Assembly: GCA_024403855.1 (NCBI GenBank)
Contig: JAKSRC010000008.1
Location: 4,584-68,583, forward strand
Source of the DNA: Saccharofermentans sp.
GTDB taxonomy: Bacteria; Bacillota; Clostridia; Saccharofermentanales; Saccharofermentanaceae
Direction of reading: 5' to 3'
DNA length: 64,000 nucleotides
In this document: in pieces, positions 37,539-45,010 of the stretch
How positions within the stretch are numbered: the stretch's first letter is position 1
Layout: every line of letters begins with the position of its first letter
The notes under the pieces: model-generated
Seen by the model: the letters and a program-made list of their open reading frames with translations, nothing else
Database searches by the model: none
What the model was told of the DNA's origin: nothing
Translations under genes and position numbers: made by a program

Positions 37539-37741
37539 AACTCTTACTCCTAAAATACAAAAAAACACTAAATAAACAGAACATATGTATGTTATTTTTA
37601 TGGAGTAATCTTATCACTCGCATTTCTGAATGTAAACACTTTTTATGTTACATTTTACTAGATATTGAGGTTTGTAATATAAAGCTGTCCCAAAAACATC
37701 AATATATTATCTACACTATACTATTACTATATATACAATAA

Positions 37742-37771
37742 GGGCTGTCTGTTACAGATTTCAGACAGCCC
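37742..37771 (-). terminator. intrinsic terminator downstream of the 37798-39828 operon
   Basis: GGGCTGTCTG / CAGACAGCCC form a perfect 10-bp stem, followed on the minus strand by TTATTGTAT. Confidence 0.7.
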
Positions 37772-37797
37772 TTAGTTACCTTATTCCTTAAGCTTTA

Positions 37798-39150
37798 TTA
37801 TGCGCCTATAGCAACAAGCACTATTGATAAGAAGCAGATTGCGATATAGGAGATTGTTGTGAAAATGACTCCTGCTCTGAAGTGCGGCTTGCCCTTGTTA
37901 ACAGTGAGAATCGTCATGATCGCTGCAAAGCCAAGTGAGAGTGTTGCCCACATTGCAAGGATTCTCTTAGGTGTGTAACCATAGATACTGTAGTAAAGGC
38001 AGATCTTGCTCATGGACATTGCCGCAAAGATAATGCTCTCTATCATAAGAAGTGTAACAAGTATCTTTGAAGGCAGTGAGAACTTGCCGTCAGAATCAGT
38101 CTTTCCAAGAAGGATAATTGCGATATATACACAAAGGTTTACAGCCATAATGCCAACGAGTTCCCAGAAACCGTTGATGGCATATTTTGATACCAGCATT
38201 CCTTCCGGTACATCACCTGCAAATCCGCCAAGCATATATGTGAATCTCTTAACAAAGAAGAGAACATATCCTACAACGAAGATTCCTGATGCTATATAAA
38301 CCAAAGTAGATGAGACAGTCTTACCTTTGCCCTTTACTCTCAAAAGCCACTGGGCAAAATTCTTTTCGCGACTACCATCTGACTTGGCACTTCTGGACAT
38401 AAGTCCGTAAAGATAAAAGCAGACAGGCACAGCAAAGACAAGTCTTGCAATAATATCAGCTGCATCGATTCTTCCAAGGTAATCGAAAAGGTTTCCGAAT
38501 ATATTATTTATGAATCTCTTGATATCAGGATCAATAGAAGACATAAGGTTCACGGAAATGATCATAAGGAGGATCATTACACCAACAAAAACAACGGCGC
38601 TTATACGATTTTTTCTTGTATCCCCTTCAGTTGTCTCACCGGTTATTACCTGAGGCTTTCTAAATGAACCCCAGTCAATGACAAAGTTCGGGAAACCCGC
38701 AAAAGACTTTACATAGAAACCATGAACGAGGTCGGCAATTATGAAGCCTGAAGTCTTTCCGCCCAAGAGAAGCTCATTTGATGCCAATACTGAATAAACA
38801 GCACAAAGATGCATTGCAAAAACAGATACTTCCGGAAGAGATGAATACTCACCTTGAGGATTAATATCCGCAGTAACAGATGAAAGTATCATCATCAAAT
38901 ACCAGAAAATCGCACCCTTGGGAGGCATTCCTGTTGCTTCCCTTCTTCCTCTTCTGACAAATTCATTTACTAAAATGAAAAAGATCGTAAAGATCGGATA
39001 AGCAAGATTAAATTCAAATTCACCCTGTCCAATCATTCCATATAACTTGATTTCATGACCGAATGTAAAGAATATCAACCTTATATATGTGTAAGCTAAA
39101 GGATAAGCCAGGAGAACTCCAAGCCTTTGGAAAGTGATATTTTTGTTCAT
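37798..39150 (-). CDS. polytopic membrane protein of unknown function (450 aa, at least 10 TM)
   Basis: Hydrophobic throughout. It starts 6 nt downstream of the XRE gene, so it is probably co-transcribed. Confidence 0.6.
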   Translation of the reverse strand: MNKNITFQRLGVLLAYPLAYTYIRLIFFTFGHEIKLYGMIGQGEFEFNLAYPIFTIFFILVNEFVRRGRREATGMPPKGAIFWYLMMILSSVTADINPQGEYSSLPEVSVFAMHLCAVYSVLASNELLLGGKTSGFIIADLVHGFYVKSFAGFPNFVIDWGSFRKPQVITGETTEGDTRKNRISAVVFVGVMILLMIISVNLMSSIDPDIKRFINNIFGNLFDYLGRIDAADIIARLVFAVPVCFYLYGLMSRSAKSDGSREKNFAQWLLRVKGKGKTVSSTLVYIASGIFVVGYVLFFVKRFTYMLGGFAGDVPEGMLVSKYAINGFWELVGIMAVNLCVYIAIILLGKTDSDGKFSLPSKILVTLLMIESIIFAAMSMSKICLYYSIYGYTPKRILAMWATLSLGFAAIMTILTVNKGKPHFRAGVIFTTISYIAICFLSIVLVAIGA

Positions 39151-39156
39151 TTGAGA

Positions 39157-39360
39157 TTAGTCCTCCCTGTACTCGAGAATATCCCCGGGTTGGCAATCTA
39201 ATGCCTTACAGATATCGTTTAATGTTGAGAATCTGACAGCCTTAGCCTTCTGATTCTTAAGTATTGAAAGATTTGCCTGAGTGATTCCTACCTTTGCAGC
39301 AAGTTCACCGGAGGAGATCTTACGTTTTGCCATCATTACATCAAGATTTACTATAATCAT
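39157..39360 (-). CDS. XRE-family (YozG-like) small HTH transcriptional regulator
   Basis: 67 aa. The sequence MAKRKISSGELAAKVGITQANLSILKNQKAKAVRFSTLNDICKALDCQPGDILEY matches this family. Confidence 0.85.
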   Translation of the reverse strand: MIIVNLDVMMAKRKISSGELAAKVGITQANLSILKNQKAKAVRFSTLNDICKALDCQPGDILEYRED

Positions 39361-39375
39361 GTTTCTCCCCCTTTC

Positions 39376-39828
39376 TCAGATCGTAAGATCCATTTCTTCT
39401 TTCATTGTTATTGCCTTGCCGAAAACAACTCTTATGCTCAAAACTACAAGTGCCATGAAAAGAGCTACAATTGCAAGTATCCAGCAACCATTCCAAATGA
39501 ATCCACCGACAGTGCAGTCAACAGCGATTCCAAGTAAAGCGCATGTGATAACCATCATTATTTTGGTATTTGCTCTGTCGAAAACCTTATCTTTGCTCAT
39601 GTTATGCATCATCATGAAGAGCGGAACAAGCACAAGATAACCTCCGACTGTTCCCAGATAGAAAACAACTGTAAGTCCGATAACTCTGGGAAGATCAAAT
39701 ACTTCGGCCCAGCAATAAGCAATATATCTCGAAATTACTACACCAAATATATCGGCAACAACAGCCATAGCCGTGAACAGAACAGTAGCTATCTTTGCCC
39801 ATCTGAGAATTACATCATCATATCGCAT
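39376..39828 (-). CDS. DUF2975-like small membrane protein (150 aa, 4 TM)
   Basis: A four-TM protein immediately upstream of a YozG-like HTH gene, a recurrent pairing in Firmicutes. The family name is recalled, not searched. Confidence 0.55.
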   Translation of the reverse strand: MRYDDVILRWAKIATVLFTAMAVVADIFGVVISRYIAYCWAEVFDLPRVIGLTVVFYLGTVGGYLVLVPLFMMMHNMSKDKVFDRANTKIMMVITCALLGIAVDCTVGGFIWNGCWILAIVALFMALVVLSIRVVFGKAITMKEEMDLTI

Positions 39829-39995
39829 CTGCTTCTTTCCTCCTAGTTAATGATTAAGCATGCTTCATGTTCAGTATGCTAACACAGCAATTTTTGAATT
39901 TCAAGAGTTTTTTATCGTTTTTCAATATATTTTTCTCGATTTCAAGTAACAGTCCATAAACCGTACTTCTCGCTTGTGCCTTCTTTTCGAGTATT

Positions 39996-40037
39996 AACAA
40001 AACAAAAACAGGGCTTTGAGATAACCTCAAAACCCTG
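39996..40037 (-). terminator. intrinsic terminator of the GGDEF gene
   Basis: The minus-strand stem is CAGGGTTTTGAG / CTCAAAGCCCTG (12 bp, one G-U pair) with a 5-nt loop, followed by TTTTTGTTTTGTT. Confidence 0.85.
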
Positions 40038-40061
40038 CACAATCTTCATTTACTTTTTCTA

Positions 40062-41204
40062 TTATCTCTTCGCCAGACTCTGCTTCTGCTCATACATAAG
40101 CTCATCTGCCTTATTCAAAAGATAATCGAACTCTTTCTTGTTGGTACAATCACCTGTTGCAATACCAATACTAAGATCAAGCACATACTGCTGGCCATCT
40201 TCTTTGTTCTTGGCATTTCTTTCAGTGATCTTTCTTCCGATAGTATTTACCAGCAAAGTAACATCGTCGTCTGATGCACCATTTGCAACAATTACAAATT
40301 CATCTCCGCCAAAACGGAAAACAACGATACCGCTTCTGGGAATATCATCAACAGCTTCCTGCAAAGCATTGGCAATATCGATCAAAGCCTTATCACCTAT
40401 AAGATGGCCATAAGTATCATTAATTGCTTTGAACTTGTTTGCATCAATTACGAAAATCGAGATGTTGCGGAACACATCTTTCTCGAAAAGCGAGTCCTTA
40501 TAAATATAGAACGAATTCTTGTTTTTAAGTCCTGTAAGGCCGTCCTGCTGCTCGTGATATGCAATGTTATTAAGGAACAGGAGCAAAATCGAGAAAAGAT
40601 AACCTATCTGAGCTACCGTAATTCCATAGAAAATCATCTGACATATAGCTGCGACTGCCATCGGAATCGGAAACAAAAGATAGCCTTTGTACATCTGTCT
40701 CTTCTGACGGCTCTTCTCTTTCCTGACAGCAATCATGTTAATAACAAACGCTGCAATCAGATAACCCCATTCAACGATCCAAGTTACGATAACGCCATTA
40801 CCTCTGTGATAAATAGCATCAGCATCTACTGAGAAGTAGAAACTCGTAAGTGGATTAAGCAGTATGCTTAAGCACAAAGCTATTGCCGGCAATCCTGTTC
40901 GAAGCACGATCAACTTAAGATTTGTAATGTATCTGAATCGAACGAGGATGTATACAAACCATGCATAAGTTCCCAAAACGAATGAAATGAAATACAGAAT
41001 ATTAAAAAACTGGACTGCAATATCCGTCGTACCTCTGAATACATATGCCATAATATCCGCCAGGCTGGCAACTATCAGAGCTGTAATCATCACAAGCATG
41101 ATCATCTGCGAAGTTTCATTACGTGATGATGTTCTTCGGCACTGTATCAGGAGTATCAAACCAAAAACTATGGCAATCAAATTAGTCTGAACGTAGTAGA
41201 GCAT
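40062..41204 (-). CDS. membrane-anchored diguanylate cyclase (GGDEF domain)
   Basis: About 7 N-terminal TM segments. The C-terminal GGDEF domain has an intact RFGGDEF active site. The start is taken at ATG 41202-41204 after GAGGGGTGGA; the track start at 41219 is TTG. Confidence 0.85.
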   Translation of the reverse strand: MLYYVQTNLIAIVFGLILLIQCRRTSSRNETSQMIMLVMITALIVASLADIMAYVFRGTTDIAVQFFNILYFISFVLGTYAWFVYILVRFRYITNLKLIVLRTGLPAIALCLSILLNPLTSFYFSVDADAIYHRGNGVIVTWIVEWGYLIAAFVINMIAVRKEKSRQKRQMYKGYLLFPIPMAVAAICQMIFYGITVAQIGYLFSILLLFLNNIAYHEQQDGLTGLKNKNSFYIYKDSLFEKDVFRNISIFVIDANKFKAINDTYGHLIGDKALIDIANALQEAVDDIPRSGIVVFRFGGDEFVIVANGASDDDVTLLVNTIGRKITERNAKNKEDGQQYVLDLSIGIATGDCTNKKEFDYLLNKADELMYEQKQSLAKR

Positions 41205-41337
41205 AGTTCCACCCCTCAAAGCTTAATACTCGAATCTTATCATTTTTAGGGTTGGTTATAAATACATCAGGCAATATGTATAGCTTTAACAAGCAAAAGT
41301 ACTAGAGATAAATGTACATTACTTTGATATATTTTCG

Positions 41338-41366
41338 TTGCACAACGTATCTTCTCGTGATATCAT
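41338..41366 (+). promoter_or_regulatory. candidate sigma-A promoter of the nine-gene operon
   Basis: TTGCAC (41338-41343), a 17-nt spacer ending in TGa, then TATCAT (41361-41366). It lies 34 nt upstream of the first ATG. Confidence 0.55.
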
Positions 41367-41399
41367 CCGGTTAATAGATTTGATTGGAGGATTTTTTAT

Positions 41400-41852
41400 A
41401 TGGAAACTAATAAGGATACTAAGAATACAAATGAATCCGCTTGGCATCTTACTGCCTACGATTATCTCTTAACTACTGCAATAGAAAAGAGAAAGGAAAA
41501 CATTTCCGTCATTGAGCTAAGCAAGAAACTTGATTACAAGAGATCGAACATATACAGAATGGAAAGCGGTTCAATTGACTTAAAGGTATCTACCTTCCTC
41601 AATTATCTGCACGGATTCGGATATCATTTAGAGATTATGAAAGACAAATCATCTTCTCTCAATGTCACAGAAGACAACGCAACTAATGTCGATATAACTG
41701 TCGAATCTGGCGATTTATCCTATATCATCGAGACTTTTGATGTTAATAAGCAAAAGTTCGAAAAAAGGCTCAGCAAGAAAACCAGATTAATGCTTTTAAG
41801 ATTTCTTCTTAAGGAATTCGAAGACGAGCTTCAACTAGAAGAAGACAAATAA
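41400..41852 (+). CDS. XRE-type HTH protein with an acidic C-terminal extension (operon gene 1)
   Basis: A GGAGG site lies 9 nt upstream. ISVIELSKKLDYKRSNIYRMESGSIDLKVSTFLNYLHGFGYHLEI fits a Cro/C1-type HTH. The C-terminal 70 aa are unassigned. Confidence 0.7.
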   Translation: METNKDTKNTNESAWHLTAYDYLLTTAIEKRKENISVIELSKKLDYKRSNIYRMESGSIDLKVSTFLNYLHGFGYHLEIMKDKSSSLNVTEDNATNVDITVESGDLSYIIETFDVNKQKFEKRLSKKTRLMLLRFLLKEFEDELQLEEDK

Positions 41853-41867
41853 TGGAGAAAAACTAAT

Positions 41868-42578
41868 ATGACACGTTTATTTGTAACCGGTGATCTTCAC
41901 GGAGATCACGACTGGGCTAAATTAAATACAAAAAACTTCCCAGTTCAGAAGGAACTAACAAAAGATGACTATTTAGTCGTGCTTGGAGATTTAGGAGCAG
42001 TTTGGGACGGCGCAAGAGGCGACAAATACTTGCAGAACTGGCACAGTTCAAAGAATTACACTACACTCTTTGTAGGTGGCAATCACGAGAACTATGACAT
42101 TTTGGATGCAATGCCTGTAACAGAATGGCAAGGCGGAAAGGTGCACATGGTGACAGATTCACTCATCCATCTTATGAACGGACAGGTTTATAATCTGTGC
42201 GGAAAGAAAGTTTTCGTCATGGGCGGAGCGGAAACATCTGATAAGGAACGTCGCAAGGAAGGCGTCTCCTGGTGGTCACACGAACTCCCAACTTCAGAGG
42301 AGTACGACGAGGCACTCGAGAATCTCAGCCTGCACGGCAACAAGGTAGATCTCATCTTCACTCATTGTGCGCCGGAGACGACTGTAACGAATATGTTCAT
42401 GCCAAAGATGTCCGTACGCAAGCTAAATGACCTGACATCCTTCCTTGATATGATCGCGCAGACCATAAGCTTCAATGACTGGTATTTCGGTCACTACCAC
42501 GAGGAGTCTGACAAGGGCAAGTTTCACCTGCTCTATAACAGCGTAATCGAATTACCGGAGGATAACGATAATGCATAA
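41868..42578 (+). CDS. calcineurin-like metallophosphoesterase, type 1 (operon gene 2)
   Basis: All metal-ligand blocks are present: GDLHGD, VVLGDLGAVWDG, GGNHENY, IFTHCAP and GHYHEE. Confidence 0.8.
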   Translation: MTRLFVTGDLHGDHDWAKLNTKNFPVQKELTKDDYLVVLGDLGAVWDGARGDKYLQNWHSSKNYTTLFVGGNHENYDILDAMPVTEWQGGKVHMVTDSLIHLMNGQVYNLCGKKVFVMGGAETSDKERRKEGVSWWSHELPTSEEYDEALENLSLHGNKVDLIFTHCAPETTVTNMFMPKMSVRKLNDLTSFLDMIAQTISFNDWYFGHYHEESDKGKFHLLYNSVIELPEDNDNA

Positions 42579-42999
42579 TCCTATACTCAGCATTTTTGAA
42601 GCTTTGGCAGTATCAGGCTTTCCAAATAAGGAAGATCTGAGGATCGAAGTCCTCGGTTGTATCAAAAGCTTTATCTCGTATTTTGACGATGTAGTAAATG
42701 AACAGATCTATTACTCCGCTACGTCAAAGGATAAGCAGGACATCTGCATTATGAAAGCACATGATGAAAGAAGGAGAAAAGCCCACGATCTTTGCATTGC
42801 TTCATGTATCCGACTTAACAGTATCTGCGATGAGATGAACATCGATCAGATATGTGATTTCGATGTCGAGGACAGAAAACAGGTTGCTGAATTTGCCGGA
42901 CTTATCGCCTGCGACCTGTATTTTACCAATATAAAGTGCGGAGAATCTCTAACGAACTGGTTAAACAATTCTCCGTTGAAGAAAGAAGGACAACCATGA
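42571..42999 (+). CDS. hypothetical protein (142 aa, operon gene 3)
   Basis: Has a GGAGGA Shine-Dalgarno site. It overlaps gene 2 by 8 nt and gene 4 by 4 nt (ATGA). No motif recognised. Confidence 0.65.
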   Translation: MHNPILSIFEALAVSGFPNKEDLRIEVLGCIKSFISYFDDVVNEQIYYSATSKDKQDICIMKAHDERRRKAHDLCIASCIRLNSICDEMNIDQICDFDVEDRKQVAEFAGLIACDLYFTNIKCGESLTNWLNNSPLKKEGQP

Positions 43000-43583
43000 A
43001 CTACTACATTTCAGATATGCACTTCGGCCATCAGAATATCCTTAAATACGATGCTCGACCATGGAAAGACGTACATTCCATGGAATATGACATGATCGAC
43101 TGGTGGAACTTGAAAATAACCGCCAAGGATGATGTATACATTCTCGGTGATTTCTGTTTCGGCGGTTATGATGATTGGAAAAGGATTCTTTCGCAGCTTA
43201 ACGGAAGAAAGCATCTTATCATTGGCAATCACGACTTAAAACAGTTCCCGTCGGATATAATCTCGCTCCTTGCTGAGCCTCCCGTTCCATACAAGGAGAT
43301 TACGGACGGCAGTTACAGAGTACTCATGTGCCACTATCCTTTGATTTCATATAACCATGACACCAATCCAAATACATTGATGTTTTACGGGCACGTCCAC
43401 AACACCAATGAATTCGTTGCGGTAATGGAATCTGTAAAGACAATGAAAGAATGCTGCCAAGCCGTAGGCTTTGATTACCGGGGGCGTTTATATAACTGCT
43501 GGGGCGGATTCTTCGGTTGGAAGCCTGCTTCTCTTATGGAAGTCCTGACAAATAAGTATTCAAATATCAGATTAAGAAAATAA
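42996..43583 (+). CDS. calcineurin-like metallophosphoesterase, type 2 (operon gene 4)
   Basis: The start is taken at MNYYISDMHFGH. Blocks present are SDMHFGH, YILGDFCFGG, IIGNHD, LMCHYP and YGHVHN. The sequence is clearly different from gene 2. Confidence 0.8.
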   Translation: MNYYISDMHFGHQNILKYDARPWKDVHSMEYDMIDWWNLKITAKDDVYILGDFCFGGYDDWKRILSQLNGRKHLIIGNHDLKQFPSDIISLLAEPPVPYKEITDGSYRVLMCHYPLISYNHDTNPNTLMFYGHVHNTNEFVAVMESVKTMKECCQAVGFDYRGRLYNCWGGFFGWKPASLMEVLTNKYSNIRLRK

Positions 43584-43595
43584 AGGGGGCATGAT

Positions 43596-44522
43596 ATGTC
43601 TGACTCTATGCTCGAGAAAGAATACAATGTATATTCAGAAAAATACGATATTCACGGCGTCGTAAAAGACTACGGCGTGGCAATTAAGCTTATCTTCACT
43701 TATGAAGGCAAAGAAGTTGAGATGGGGCTTTCGAGAGGTATCGATACCGATTACAAAAAACTCGGGAAAGACCTTATCGAATCTTATATTGAAAAGCTCG
43801 CTTCACCAAACGGAGAACGGAAACTCCAGCTCCACTATTGGTATATCAGCCCTCACGAGATCCATGGTACAACTTATGTTATAGGACACGGCATTGTTAC
43901 AGGGCACAAAAAACTCGCAAATTCCAACTTTATCTATACTTCCGCTGTCGAAGCTGTCTTTATCGATGAAATCAACGAAGAAGCTGTACTTACTACCAGG
44001 AACAGCATTTATCACTGTCCTCTCGCATACTTAAGATTCGATAAACAGGATGAACAGCCTGAACTGTTACCTGATTATGAGAGATTAAAAGAAAAGTATA
44101 AGGATACTATCTTATACCCTTCCATTGAACCTGGTAATGTTCTTTTGGCACTTGCGGATTTCTGTAAATACTACTTTCACTCCCTGTATTATGTGCCTGC
44201 GGATGCAAAAGAAATCAAGCCTGTCAAGTTCAGCGGATATGCACATATCGGAACATTTCAAGACAGCTATCTGATTCAGGCAGAAAACGGCATTGATCTC
44301 AGATATTTCCCGCACTATCAGAATATCGAATTCTACTCGGGAGAAACCAATGGTTGTCCGTTCTATATCGAGAACATCGGAAGCTCGGTCATTTATGCGC
44401 GCACTTGGGTAGGAACGATCAAGCTTGAGCCCGGCGACCGCAAAGAAGTAAATAAAGAAAATGCCGAAGATGAACCTCCGTCTCTCGCAAACGGAGATCT
44501 TTATCCGGCAGGTATTTTTTAA
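43596..44522 (+). CDS. hypothetical protein (308 aa, operon gene 5)
   Basis: Has an AAGGGGG Shine-Dalgarno site. No catalytic or binding motif recognised. Confidence 0.65.
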   Translation: MSDSMLEKEYNVYSEKYDIHGVVKDYGVAIKLIFTYEGKEVEMGLSRGIDTDYKKLGKDLIESYIEKLASPNGERKLQLHYWYISPHEIHGTTYVIGHGIVTGHKKLANSNFIYTSAVEAVFIDEINEEAVLTTRNSIYHCPLAYLRFDKQDEQPELLPDYERLKEKYKDTILYPSIEPGNVLLALADFCKYYFHSLYYVPADAKEIKPVKFSGYAHIGTFQDSYLIQAENGIDLRYFPHYQNIEFYSGETNGCPFYIENIGSSVIYARTWVGTIKLEPGDRKEVNKENAEDEPPSLANGDLYPAGIF

Positions 44523-44782
44523 TGGAAAGATCTTATATCAACAGACGTATTTCACAGAACAAAAAGTGGACGGGCAAAGACTGCAAAAGGCACAAGCACA
44601 GCTTTACCGACCCTTGCATTGTCCGCCTGACCGGTAACGAGAACAAACACATTGGAACCTCAAGCTACACTGCGCTGAAATGTGAGAAATGTAATTCTTT
44701 TACGAATCTTAAATTTGTATCCGAACAACCGAAAGGACTGCCTGTTCTCGTTTTCGAAAGACGCATTTTGCAATCACGTTAA
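44522..44782 (+). CDS. small basic Cys/His-rich protein, putative zinc ribbon (86 aa, operon gene 6)
   Basis: Junction with gene 5 is a TAATG overlap. CKRH...C and CEKC pairs suggest a C/H4 metal site. The N-terminus is very basic. Confidence 0.55.
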   Translation: MERSYINRRISQNKKWTGKDCKRHKHSFTDPCIVRLTGNENKHIGTSSYTALKCEKCNSFTNLKFVSEQPKGLPVLVFERRILQSR

Positions 44783-44810
44783 AGGATATTAAGTTCAAGG
44801 AATATATCGA

Positions 44811-45005
44811 ATGCGAAAAATAATAGTCCGAAATAAGATAAGATGTCTTGAATGTGGTGACGTAATAGAAAGCATATCTGTTCACGATTACAGAAAATGC
44901 TCCTGTGGAAAATGTGCCGTAGATGGTGGGAATGAATATCTAAGACGCACCTTCGCTTATGAAGGCGTTTACGAGGAATTAAGTGAGTTCGATACAGGAG
45001 AATAA
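44811..45005 (+). CDS. small zinc-ribbon protein (64 aa, operon gene 7)
   Basis: The motif CLECGDVI...CSCGKCAVDGG (CxxC ... CxCGxxxxDGG) is present. An AAGGAA site lies upstream. Confidence 0.6.
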   Translation: MRKIIVRNKIRCLECGDVIESISVHDYRKCSCGKCAVDGGNEYLRRTFAYEGVYEELSEFDTGE

Positions 45006-45010
45006 ATATC

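Noticed and set aside
39854-40042. 62-aa minus-strand ORF in the gap between the GGDEF gene and the DUF2975-like gene.
   Set aside because: Its 5' end is the GGDEF terminator hairpin. It has no Shine-Dalgarno site and lies in an AT-rich intergenic region.
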